A stretch of 63,785 bases of DNA, filler included, from Lenisia limosa (lineage: Eukaryota; Protista; Breviatea): NCBI GenBank assembly GCA_001655205.1. It is 15 parts of 15 records of this genome, joined end to end, with 100 filler letters (N's around TTAATTAATTAA, not from the genome) between each part and the next. Parts side by side here need not be neighbours in the genome. Positions count along the whole stretch, not along the records: positions 23,387 to 30,269 come from LPNZ01011632.1; positions 30,370 to 31,674 come from LPNZ01011656.1; positions 31,775 to 37,153 come from LPNZ01000982.1; 12 more parts are not named here. One strand, given 5' to 3'. The position numbers were made by a program, and so were the translations under genes. Positions 23,618 to 35,186 of the stretch are shown piece after piece. The notes beneath the pieces were generated by a model. It saw nothing but the letters and a program-made list of their open reading frames with translations, was not told the DNA's origin and ran no database searches. Each line of letters opens with the position of its first letter. The stretch's first letter is position 1.

Positions 23618-26600
23618 CTGGATCGGAGAAGTCACGTGACCGAAAATCGATTCCGACAACTCTCCTCCGCCATTTGCAAAAGACGCCAACGATCCGACAA
23701 GATCTCTCTGTACAGTCTGGGGTGTCATTGGGGCTTCACTTCAGTTTAAAGAGCAGTAAACATCGATAATTTTCGAGGATTTATCGAGAAATTCAGTCTT
23801 TTTTTGAGCCGAAGTGAAGCACAAGGTGTTATNNNNNNNNNNNNNNNNNNNNNNNNNNNNNNNNNNNNNNNNNNNNNNNNNNNNNNNNNNNNNNNNNNNN
23901 NNNNNNNNNNNNNNNNNNNNNNNNNNNNNNNNNNNNNNNNNNNNNNNNNNNNNNNNNAATAATCAACTACAACTTGGATATGTATGAGTGTGTACATGTT
24001 GCTGTGAAAGGATCTGAGCATGTTCCAATGAACAGTAAGAAGCAGTTAAACACCCGGAAATGTAGCACAACTGAGGAGTGTAAATCAGGTTCACAGGTAC
24101 GAGTGTAAGTAACATTCATCAACAGAATGATAATTTCATATCATATACATACATGTATATATACATACGTATAAATAATATGATATGATATACTTCTCTG
24201 GACTGTATTTATGTACTTTTAGTGAATTGAACACAAAAACAAACTCATTACACTCCTCATACCCCTGGGAGGGTCGCGAATCCACCGGAGAGAGACGTGT
24301 GCCCTTCGACAAGCTGGGCTAAAAAGGGGAGTAAAATGAAAGAAAAAATAAAAAAAATAAAAAAATCAACTGAAGGGGAGGTATGTGGACATATAGGTAC
24401 CTAAATGTTAAATTAATTTTACATTAATTGCATTAAAAATAACGGAGCCTTAGTAATAATGGAATAAAGCTCTAGTAAGAACTAGGGCTTCACTCAGAAA
24501 AAAATACCGTAAAAACTCAATAGTTTTCGAAGATATATCGAAATTCAATCTTTTACTTTCACCGAAGTGAAGCTCTAGTAAGAACCCTATCACTTGGGCT
24601 TCACTTCGAAAAAGACTGAATTGCTCCATAAATCTTTGAAAATTATCGATATTGTACCGATTGTTTCGAACCGAAGTGATGCCCAATCCCCCTCTCCTCA
24701 CCGAAAATTGGACGGGAAACAAGAACTTTTCTAGCCTCTCTAGTTTGGGACAAGATGGTGACACATTCACAAGCTATTGCTTCCTGTGGGGGGGGGGGGG
24801 NNNNNNNNNNNNNNNNNNNNNNNNNNNNNNNNNNNNNNNNNNNNNNNNNNNNNNNNNNNNNNNNNNNNNNNNNNNNNNNNNNNNNNNNNATATTATATTT
24901 CCATTTACCGGATATACATTTCAAACCAAAACAACAGTATAATGAAATAAATAGCTCTTACTTATCATAAATTTCAAAAAGATGTCAAATATCCCCCCCT
25001 CTAACTATGGCCTTTTCATTTGGCCAGTCCACGAGGGCGTTGACGGCAGCGGTCAGCGCCCATTCAAGGTAGGCTGCACCACTTTCGGTGTTCGGTGCTA
25101 GGGGGTATAATTGGAAAAAATTGACACAAAAATAACTACGGCTCCGTGCAATTAATTGGAAAAATAATTTCAAAATATAAAGTAGATCATTCCAGATACT
25201 TTATTTAAAAAATGGTGTCAATTAATTTTCTCAAAAAAAATAATTGCATGGAGCCCAACAAATAACAACACAAAAAAAAGCACAAAATCAACTATGTCAG
25301 CACCCGACAAACCAAGAGTCTGTAAAATGGACGCACAGATGGGTTCACCAGCGTTGTCTGTCGGTACTTTGTTAGAGGCGGCTTTGGCCTGGGCTGCAGC
25401 AGCCCTTGCCTTTGGCGGTAAACGGGAATTGGATGGTTAAATATAGATATGATATATGTAGTGGTTCCCTACGGTCAGGTCCGGACCGGTCACAAATGAG
25501 TGGTCCGGTCCAGTCCGGTCTTTTTTGCAATTATGGACGGTCCGAACCGGTCAGACCGTTCAAATAAAAGAAACAAAAGTGGCAAAAGAATACCCAGAGG
25601 AAAGAAAAAATGCACTTATTTGGGCTTGAACCCTTGGTCACAGTTACAAAAATTGCACAACAACTGAAACTGATCCGTGAAGATCCTTCCAGTGGCCGTC
25701 ATATCTTCTTCTTCCACTCCATGTCTTTCCTTTCAGACGCGTCCACGCTCATTGAATCGGTTGATAAGGAGTTTCAGAAAAAGGTAAACAAGGCACAACA
25801 ACCGCTTCTTTGGCAAAATGACTATAAGCCAGGCATGGTTGAGCGCATCCTCAACGAACCAGATTCGGTCAAGGTATTATTCGCAACTGAAGCTTACGGG
25901 ATGGTTGGTTAATAGGTTAAAGGTGATTACGTGTGATCATCACTCTAGGGTTTTAACGACAAGGTTTTCGACGTTGTCCATATCTTTGGTCACCACTGGA
26001 AATGATTGACCAGAATGCTGGAAGAGCAGGTTTGTATTACACATTAAGATTTCTTATCAGAAATATAATGTTTTCAGATTCTCACAAAGAGCACTGAGTC
26101 GCTCAATGTCATCGCCAAGTTCATCACTAACAACGGCGTTCTTGAAGCCGAGCAAGTGAGTGTTACTCGCTGGAGAAGTGGCAACGAGATGCGAAAGACT
26201 GTGATGCTGTTACTACCTACACTGCGCCAGCTTACAATTATTGCACCCTTTGAAGATATGCTTTCGTCGACAAAATTACCTTCGGCTGCCACACTCAAGA
26301 TCTGTGAAGAGCTCAACAAGGTGAGCGACTTAATCGATCAAGCCCACAATGCTTTTTGCAAGGAAAAAAACATCATTGCTGCTGCACACCTCATCCCTAC
26401 CCTACACCACCTTTACACCATGACTGAGATGGTTGAAACCATCAAGCTGACTGCAGGTGGAGAAGGACAGATTACCAAGACTAGAGCTGACGGAATCGCC
26501 AAGTTTGTTAACAAGTTTTGGCAAGACCTTGATACCAGACAAGAAGCAGAAGTTGACCTGACTGGTCCCTTTGCTATGGTGAGCATAAGTGAGGAAATAT

Positions 26601-29600
26601 TTTTGAAATACTTGTAATATATGATAATATATCATTATGTATATATTATGATTTGAAAGTGTCCTCTCATGTATATAGGCAATGGCTACATACCCTTCCA
26701 CAATGAGACTTGAGTGTCTCATCCCTGAGGACCGTGTGACTATGAAGGATGTGCTTCGGAAGCAGCTCTGTCAGTTTTGCCAAGAAAAGACTTGAAGAAA
26801 ACAACGTAAGAGGATTTCTAGCTCGGCCAGATGCCTAGGGTATTCCTAATCTTTGCATATAACATATGTGTAAGTCTTGAGCTAATTTTCTTAGCAATTG
26901 GAGACAAGCTCATCTGACGATGATGACTACGAAGATATCTTTGGGGTGCAAGAATCCGTTCCGGTTCGGACCGGTTCTGACCGTTCAAATTTTCGAGCGG
27001 TCCAGTCCGGTCCGGTCTTTTTGGAATAAAAATATGAGCGGTCCGGTCCGGTCCGGTCCGGTCCAGTCTTTGTGAATTTAAAAATGAACGGTCCGGTCCG
27101 GACCGGACCGACTAGGGACCACTAGATATATGTATTATATGTAAATGGAATAATTGATTTTGAATGGGGAAGTATACTATATTACGTTAGTAATGGATTA
27201 ATGATGATTATTCTGGGTTCAATATTAATTTAAGTGGATGATAGATAGCATGATTTTAATGGATTAAATTATAATATTGGGAGAAATGTTGCAACACATC
27301 TCATCCCTCTCCTCTACTCATCCGAGAAACAGTTATCTCTGATTTGTCTCTCTCCACTCCCCAGCCAGACGCCCACTTGAATAGGAGAAATAGCAGCAGT
27401 TGGGGTGACGTTCTCATTTGGAAGGATACAAGAACAGTAGGTTGCAATGAAACGCCGAGTGATGAAGAGAATGCGCTCCACTACCAGGGGGGAGAGACCC
27501 TGGGAAGTGAAAATGAAAATTTGTAAAACACTACGGCGCATCGACTTGGGATTCTTGGAAAAACGTTGGAATTCCCATATTTTTGACATGGAATACTATG
27601 GAATTTTATAGAATTTTGAAGAAATTTATCATATTCCCAAATTATATAAGGGAATCCCAAGTCGATGCGCCGTGGTGAACAAAGCACAAAATACTGCTTG
27701 GGAGGTGGCTATAAATTGCCCACTTAACCTGCAATAATGATGAAAAAACAAAAACCAACAACACTCAAACGCCCCCAACTCAACTCATAATTAATAAACC
27801 AAACAAATACAACCTCTCTAGATTCGGGCCATTGTGTTTCCCCAATTTTACCCCAAACCCCCAAACTTCATTTCCAGTTTTCCTGGTTTGCGAGTCGAAC
27901 TCAAAGAGGGCTTTGGAGGCCGCCAGAATGACCATAAGGGGGTTGGACGGTTTGGACTGAATTTCGTAAGTAGAGAGAAAGAAAGCAATTAATAATGATT
28001 TTTGTTTATGGTATCCCTATGTATTTATTTGTTTCCCTGGATTTCTAATGTATTATTTCTCTTGTTCAAAAAATAAAATAAAATAAAAAGCACTTGCAGG
28101 AATCTGACATGGCAATTAGTTTTCGAGTATTTATCAAGAAATTCCCTCTTTTTTTGGAGCGAAGTGAACCGCGCTGCAAGATGTACTTTACATGTACAGT
28201 GACCGGGATAAGTCTTGAACGATTGGTTATGCAAATTCCCATGGAGAATAGGCGTGTATATTATAACTACATACAGTGGCCGTGATCAGTCTTGACCAGT
28301 TTTCCATGGGAATTTGCATAACCAATCGTTCAAGACTTATCCCGGTAACTGTACATGTATATACATGTATAATATAACCTACAGTACGTACGTATTATTG
28401 ATCCCCCCTCCTCACCTTGACAAACATATTGATGGAGTGGATTGGGGCGACTCGTTCACCTTTTGGCTCATCCGAAATAATATGGGCTGGGTGGAGTAAA
28501 ATTGGACAATTTATGAAACAAAAAAGCCCAAATGAACTCTGTTGGCTGACAACACACAAGGGTTGAAAACAACAAAACAAACAANNNNNNNNNNNNNNNN
28601 NNNNNNNNNNNNNNNNNNNNNNNNNNNNNNNNNNNNNNNNNNNNNNNNNNNNNNNNNNNNNNNNNNNNNNNNNNNNNATTTTGCAACATTTGGTAGTACG
28701 GGAATTTAAAATTTGTTGTTTAACATTAAACAAATATTAATAGACAATATTGTCTTTTTACTCCTCTGTCACTCACGCTTTTACGAGATATAGGATTATA
28801 ACATATGATCTTCTTAATTCACCAACCATTTGCTGTGAAACTCTCTCACTCATAAAAAGTATTATTGTGCCCCCCCCCCNNNNNNNNNNNNNNNNNNNNN
28901 NNNNNNNNNNNNNNNNNNNNNNNNNNNNNNNNNNNNGCGCATTGGAAACTGCGCAGTTAAATACGGGAAAAAATAGAGGACGGTAAAGGGAAACAAAAAA
29001 ACAATAATCATATCACTCCTCACCCTGTCCAGTGGTAATAACGTCGTAATTTCGGCTGAGAATTCCGAGGAGTTCACTGAGGGACGCCTCTGGATCAACT
29101 CGGGCCAGAATACCGACCCTATGCAAATCCTCCGCGGTGGTGGTCTGGGGGGGGGGGGTAAAATTGTAATGACTTTCCCATAGTAATATCTTCAAAAATA
29201 TATAATTTAATGGTCATTTTGCTGTCCTAATGTCATTACGAATTAATTATATACAAAATAAACCGCTCCCAGCTCTCCACCAAAACGAACATCCTGCAAC
29301 TTATCCCAATAAACTACCTGGTCATCGAAGTCGTCATCGTCATCCAGTTCGTCTTTTGCCTCTTGTAGGCGAACTGCTATGATTTGACTCACCACTCGGT
29401 TCCTGAGGTAGGTTACAATATAATAGACATTCATATAACTATAAACCTATTTCAGCTTTAACAAAATGAACAAAGAAAACGCAACAACTGTCAAACACAA
29501 TCTATATAACCCCAAATACCCAAATACCCGTTGACGAACAACAAAAAACAAAAAAAAGACAATAAAAAACTCTAGTGAGGCATGGAAAGTCGCCAACTTT

Positions 29601-30053
29601 GGAATACGTCCNNNNNNNNNNNNNNNNNNNNNNNNNNNNNNNNNNNNNNNNNNNNNNNNNNNNNNNNNNNNNNNNNNNNNNNNNNNNNNNNNNNNNNNNN
29701 NNNNNNNNNNNNNNNNNNNNNNNNNNNNNNNNNNNNNNNNNNNNNNNGACTCTTACAACTATCGCTTCACTTTAGTTCAAAAAAGACCGGTCAAATATCG
29801 ATAGTTTTCGAGGATTTATCAGGAAATTCAGTCTTTTTATGAACCGAAGTGGTACACAATATTTAATGCGGTATATTATTTATCTTGTAAAAAAAGAACA
29901 TAATGTAGCATATCATATCACGTCATACGTCACAGAATCTGATAAAAAAAACCTCAAATAACAAGAATAAAATATGCCGTAATCCACCTCACGTATGATG
30001 AGATAAAAAGGCGCGAACGTCGTCAGGAATGCGGCCACAGACCCCAGTACTGG
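23618..30053 (-). CDS. XPO4: Exportin-4 (importin-beta family), internal portion, >=12 exons
   Basis: Collinear exons: NRVVSQIIAVRLQEAKDELDDDDDFDDQ, DLHRVGILARV, HIISDEPKGE, GLSPLVVERILFITRRFIATY, TESGAAYLEWALTAAVNALVDWPNEKAI, TVQRDLVGSL. These match exportin-4 segments (acidic loop, L..VGxLxR, D..GE, LSP...W...TY, W..E..L). Confidence 0.75.
24483..24577. mobile_element. hAT-type MITE family A (A1); adjacent second copy at 24593-24686
   Basis: Perfect 8-bp TSD GTAAGAAC. Confidence 0.85.
25140..25256. mobile_element. Unclassified AT-rich MITE (family I)
   Basis: Ends GGCTCCGTGCAATTA / TAATTGCATGGAGCC. Second copy at 31032-31154; fragments near 55170 and 63412. No clear TSD. Confidence 0.55.
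25610..26029 (+). pseudogene. RecQ-type SF2 helicase C-terminal (RecA2) fragment inside the hAT element
   Basis: RHIFFFHS (motif IV-like), VKVLFATEAYGM|G spliced over a 45-nt GT-AG intron (25904-25948), FNDKVFDVVH, then after a 1-nt frameshift WSPLEMIDQNAGRAG (motif VI). Confidence 0.75.
26078..26960 (+). pseudogene. hAT transposase remnant (TRW motif and helical insertion domain; catalytic ends missing)
   Basis: VSVTRWRSGNEMRKTVMLL...KICEELNKVSDLIDQAHNAFCKEK..AAAHLIPTLHHL...KFVNKFW...FAM|AMATYP follows the hAT TRWxS / E..E...P / KL.KY / A..LDP layout. It has a stop codon and runs into the right subterminal repeats. Confidence 0.75.
27529..27677. mobile_element. CACTA/CMC-like MITE (family F)
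   Basis: 26-bp TIR CAC(T/C)ACGGCGCATCGACTTGGGATTC with one mismatch, flanked by AA/AA; second copy at 62830-62953. Confidence 0.7.
28197..28351. mobile_element. Tc1/mariner-pogo-type MITE (family E), long form
   Basis: About 49-bp TIRs starting CAGTGACCGGGATAAGTCTTGA (1 mismatch); TA target duplication on both sides. Confidence 0.85.
28487..28584 (-). repeat. Family B repeat ending at an XPO4 3' splice site
   Basis: ...CAACCCTTGTGTGTTGTCAGCCAACAGAGTTCATTTGGGCTTTTTTGTTTCATAAATTGTCCAATTTTACTCCACCCAG|exon. More - copies at 25098, 29145, 48164, 51091, 51553, 52367, 54345, 54547 and 62985. Confidence 0.85.
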
Positions 30054-30369
30054 CTGGGAAGTCAGAAATGTGCATTGTGATGTCGAAATGTGGACGTGTT
30101 ATCATTCTTTTTTTTTTGAACCAAAAATTCGAAATAGAATTAGTACTGCGATTATTGTTCTAAATAAAGATTCAAAACCCTCCCCCATTTCAGCCTTCAC
30201 CCTCGTGTATTGTTAGCCAACAGAGTTAGACATTTTATTTTTCATAAATTTTCTAATTTTACCCCCCCCNNNNNNNNNNNNNNNNNNNNNNNNNNNNNNN
30301 NNNNNNNNNNNNNTTAATTAATTAANNNNNNNNNNNNNNNNNNNNNNNNNNNNNNNNNNNNNNNNNNNN

Positions 30370-31271
30370 GATAAGGTGCTGATGACAGGGCGAGAGTTAC
30401 GAGGGACGTCGTCAACAAGAGTGTTTTCAACGTCCGGCTATTTTTCGAGTTAGATCACAGGGGAATCAATCAATAGGTCAAAAGGTAGGGGAGAACTAAA
30501 TGTAAAAGCTTCATTAAAATGAGACCCGATGAAAAGAGTATTTCTAAATGCGTTGAAAGGAAATAATAGAACGGGTTATATTCCAACCTAATCAAGTTGG
30601 TTATTCTTGTTTTCAAAAAAATCGATAACTTGAAAAAAAAAAAACACTAGTTTATTAAATCCAGCAATCTGTACACCCCACCCCATCCAGTCACCATATC
30701 AGGAGCAAAAAGCATATTTCCGCTGTGAACGGCCTCATGAGCCTCTCTGCGATGGTTGTGAAGGGACTGTACAGTCCTCTCGTGAATCCCCCTACGGGCG
30801 TGGCGAGTAATGGACCGCCGATGAACCTAGGACAAGTCAGGGACTAAGCGGGGCCCTCGACAATAAATAAATTGTCACTAAACTCGAAATAATTTTTGGT
30901 GCTTTTTCAGAATATCATATATAGTACGTACCATTGATAATATAATGCTAGTTTACCCGATCACATCTTTCTGCGCGCCTCTCCAATGTACTCATAAAAT
31001 ACTAGATTTGACTTCCCGCATTATTATTTTTGGCTCCGTGCAATTAATTAAAAAATTAATTGCACGATATGGAGTGTGACATATTGTCATGGGAGTACAC
31101 TTTAATTGAAAATTTAGTCAATTAATTTCTTCAAAAATTAATTGAAATGAGCCCTATTATTATTATTATAACCAATTCACACAGCAATTCACGCTTACAT
31201 TTGCATATGAACGTCCAATCTGGGGGGTAGTGGCCTGGAAGCCCTCCCATCGGAGACGCTTGTCTGAGTTG
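30370..31271 (-). CDS. Multi-exon gene fragment, unknown product
   Basis: Phase-0 exons LNSDKRLRWEGFQATTPQIGRSYAN | VHRRSITRHARRGIHERTVQSLHNHRREAHEAVHSGNMLFAPDM | PDVENTLVDDVPRNSRPVISTL. An alternative frame is also open in part. Confidence 0.4.
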
Positions 31272-32023
31272 AGCTGAGGGGTGAAAAACGAGAGGGTAGA
31301 GGGGGGGGGGGGGNNNNNNNNNNNNNNNNNNNNNNNNNNNNNNNNNNNNNNNNNNNNNNNNNNNNNNNNNNNNNNNNNNNNNNNNNNNNNNNNNNNGCTT
31401 CACTTCATTTCACAAAAAAAAGTTTGAATATTATATTGGAAACTATCGATATTATCCCAAACCGAAGTGAAGCCTTAAAAGTAGACCTACACTTTCGGTT
31501 CTAAATGACTGAAGAAATATCGATATTTATCGACAATTCAGTCTTTTTTTGGAACCGAAAGTGAAGCCCTACTTAAATGAAGATGATGAGGGGGGACGAG
31601 TGAGTAGGGTTGGAAGAGTAGTAGTGTGAGGCAAGATGAAGTGAAAATATAGAGTAGTGCAATAGGAAGATATTNNNNNNNNNNNNNNNNNNNNNNNNNN
31701 NNNNNNNNNNNNNNNNNNTTAATTAATTAANNNNNNNNNNNNNNNNNNNNNNNNNNNNNNNNNNNNNNNNNNNNAGAACCAAATAGCTACGAATTGAAAG
31801 GAAGAACCAAATAGCTACGAATTGAAAGGAAGAAGGGGAAATTTACAAAAAAAAGGCTGTCAATCTGTTTTCTCTAATTATTTATCACCACTCCCAGCAA
31901 ACCCTTTGTTCCACAGGACAGTTCAAAGCTTCCAGAATATCACGCCCTGTAAACAGTCAAAAGATTGGTAGATTAACAAAAGCGAAGTAGCTTTTACAAA
32001 TTGCGATGACCGACCCACACTCC

Positions 32024-34784
32024 CTAAAAACCAATCCATGTCCACGTACCGCTGTTGCCGTTACCCGTGTGCTGAGTGGTTCCGTAGTCATAAAGCGTCC
32101 CCCCATTAATCCGAGCCTAAAACCGTGAATAATGGATGGACAAAAGGCTTCCAAGAAAGCCAGAACACAATAGGAAACAAAAAAAGGCTAAAATAGAAAT
32201 GTTGTAGCAGCAGAGGGTCAAATGCCCACCTTCATGTTCATGTAGCCTCCCAGGCTTCGGCAATAATCAGCATTCCGCATGTTTCCTGGTAGCATTTTGC
32301 CAAGACTGCTTGGTAAGCTTTAATAAATGTTTCCTTCACTTGGATTATTTAAAAAACAGCAATACACGTAGCTAAAAAAAATAAAGTTTATTAGTGCCTC
32401 TACATAGCTGAGTCATTATTAGGGCTTCCCTAGTCATTATTCCCCTCAGTCTCCAGCTTTTCCCCGTCAAATTGGCGCACATATACCCCCACCACCTAGC
32501 ACCATCAGTGAAAGTCAAGAATATTTCTTGGAGGCGACCAAGCTAAACATTCAATGAAACCGAATGTGTTACTTCACAGCCTGATGAACAATTTTGTGCA
32601 GTTGATGTTTGACGTATAGATATACTGTTTAATGTGACCATTATAAAGAATCAAGAGGAAAATCTGGTGATCCATAATATTTTCATAGAATAGTGCATTA
32701 AAACCATGGGTATGGTGCAAAACATTCAAAAAAATTAGCACTATTAGTAAGAAACAAGTAATTTCCACTTCGCCCTTTCCTCCATTATTTCTCACCTCAA
32801 AGTTGACTGAATGATGGACTTTGAAATGCCACTCAATGTCTAAAAACGTAAAAGGGGGAAGGGGCTTAGAAAATTAATGTTAAGACAAACGCAAAAAAAA
32901 GATGTCATAACTATCCATTAAATATACCTGTCTGATGGAGCATGTCAAGGTAGGCGTTCTCCTGTACACCTAAGGAATAAATTGGATTAGAGCACAGTTA
33001 TAGAGGAAACTTTCAAAGGTAATTTTGTTACTTACTATGAAACACACTCTCCACTCCACCCCCCACCGGTCACACGGTCAGTACTGATGTCCCCGATAAA
33101 GTTTCCGACTGTCAGTGCGTCGAACACATCACGATACGTCACGGTCATTTCTGCTCCTCCAAGATGCTTCAGAACCATTGTTGCTGAGAGAGAGGTCAGA
33201 TTGGGGAGGAGGGATGAAGACAAAGTTAATTTTCTGCAACACTCACGGTTTTGATAACAAAAGCCAGCATACCAGAGTCTTGGCAGTAAACGTGGGTAGG
33301 TCCATTACTGGTGCGCACTGGAGAGTGATGCATAGTTTTGTATCAAAAATAGCGACCAGGATAAGTCTTGACCGATTTGCTATGTGATTTCCCAAGAAAA
33401 ATCGATCAAGACTTATCCCAGTCACTATATAAAATATAGTATAATAATCGAGCCGAGCAATATCTAAATAGTGAATCTCAAAAAAACTTTCATATTATAT
33501 TCAAAGATAATATCCCATTCAAAATTATTCTCATAAACTTTGAAAATCTTTGATTGTCACTCTCATTACCATGTAGTAAACTGATTTTTGCTTTTGCGTC
33601 TTTGTGAACATAACAAGGCACCCCTTCAAATCAAAAATACTTGTTTACGATTAAGTGTCCATAACGTAACCCTTTCTTTCCCATTTCAACTCATCGCCAT
33701 TCCTAGTCATACTGACATGACCGTTGTTCTTTCACTCATGATTACGCCCGCCTTGGATTGCAGTTTCAAGTAAATTAACCTCCCCCCCCCCCCNNNNNNN
33801 NNNNNNNNNNNNNNNNNNNNNNNNNNNNNNNNNNNNNNNNNNNNNNNNNNNNNNNNNNNNNNNNNNNNNNNNNNNNNNNNNNNNNNNNNNNNNNNNNNNN
33901 NNNNNNNNNNNNNNNNNNNNNNNNNNNNNNNNNNNNNNNNTATACAGCTACGACCATCAAATTCTTTGTCTAAAATTGCTGAACATGACCCTTGTCCACC
34001 CTCTGATATTACGGTCCTTTCGTTCATCATTGTCCATGCTCATATCACCGGACCCACACTCGCGGAAGTGGCAAGGGCTCTCCACTCGTTGTTGACACAA
34101 GCCTCCACCTGTCCATTGTTGGTGCGAACTTGACCTGGGGGGTGTAATATAGATGTTCGGGAAGGGGGTGGGGAAGGAAGGCTGAAACAAAGGGAGATAA
34201 TGAATCTCATCCTCTGCCTGAAGAGTGACAAGGCCGCAAAGGGATATGAAAAGTCGAAAAATCCTTAAAAAGTATTCAAGGGTGTTGTCAGTGGGTGGGT
34301 GGGTGTTCCATGACTATGGGTAGAAACACAACTGGAGGTGAAGGATGTATGCGATGCAAACACAGTCTGCAAATATTACAATTAAAAAATAAAATAACAA
34401 CTCAGCTACCCTAGCCCCCTTTTTTCATCTTGGCATTCCTAGCCTCCTTTTTTTTAGCCACCCTTTTGTTCACAAGGAGAAATAAACCATGTCACAACAA
34501 TCACCAGCTAGCAAAGGTATATTATACCCCCAAGCTCAAGTGGCGTGAGACCACTACCACCAATAACCAATAAACCGGATCCAGCGAAACAGCGTGATGG
34601 GTGAAGAGAAGCCCCACAGACCCGCACGAGCCTCATCACAAGCAAGACTGTTGGCTGGGAAGGCGAAGTGCTCAATTTCGGTACCGGCAGGGAAGACTAT
34701 GCCACCATCGGCCTTGAATAATGGTTTTTCAACCAAGCCGAGCGTGTGCAGCGGCAGAAGGAAGATGAGGAGCGTTAGCAACAT
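32024..34784 (-). CDS. Secreted protein of unknown function, multi-exon
   Basis: Signal peptide MLLTLLIFLLPLHTLG; exons QVRTNNGQVEACVNNEWRAL, MVLKHLGGAEMTVTYRDVF, NADYCRSLGGYMNMK; C-terminus ARINGGTLYDYGTTQHTGNGNSGTWTWIGF*. Some internal junctions are unresolved. Confidence 0.5.
33350..33427. mobile_element. Family E MITE, short form
   Basis: GACCAGGATAAGTCTTGACCGATT...AATCGATCAAGACTTATCCCAGTCACT. Other copies or fragments at 7575-7603, 22722-22765, 42063-42141, 49325-49387 and 61192-61265. Confidence 0.75.
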
Positions 34785-35186
34785 CGAATTCAATTATTCG
34801 CGACCAAACTGCTTATGTTTGCTTTCACTTATTGTTATAGTATTATCAGTGATAAATTCTCATGCGAATGCGACCAAAAACCAGGAAACATTGAAAAACC
34901 ATGAATTTGTTTTCTCCCTCCAAATTGACTGCCAAACCAAACCCTGCCTCTCTTTTCCTCTTTTCTTAACCATGCTCCAATACTTCAATACCTCAATCCA
35001 TCTCCATTTATTCTGCATGCTTCCTACTCTCCAATAGATTTCTAAAAAATGTACCAATGTACCATCCTGTTCTCCAATTTGCACCAGTTGGTTTCCTCCT
35101 CGGTTGGTATGTCACAAAACTCCTTGATGACACCTTAACTTTGACATGTACAATGTACAATAACTTTTGCCTTTCTCCAAGTTGAT

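Larger units (their letters stand above)
25459..27124 (+). mobile_element. hAT-superfamily DNA transposon (1666 bp, internally deleted) in an XPO4 intron
   Basis: TIRs TAGTGGTTCCCTACGGTC / GACTAGGGACCACTA; perfect 8-bp TSD GATATATG (25451-25458, 27125-27132); dense subterminal (CCGGT)n repeats at both ends; internal transposase remnant. Confidence 0.92.

Noticed and set aside
25451-27133. AcademH assignment for the helicase-bearing element (9-bp GATATATGT reading)
   Set aside because: Symmetric TIRs give an 8-bp TSD, and the transposase remnant has hAT-type TRWxS and helical-domain features.
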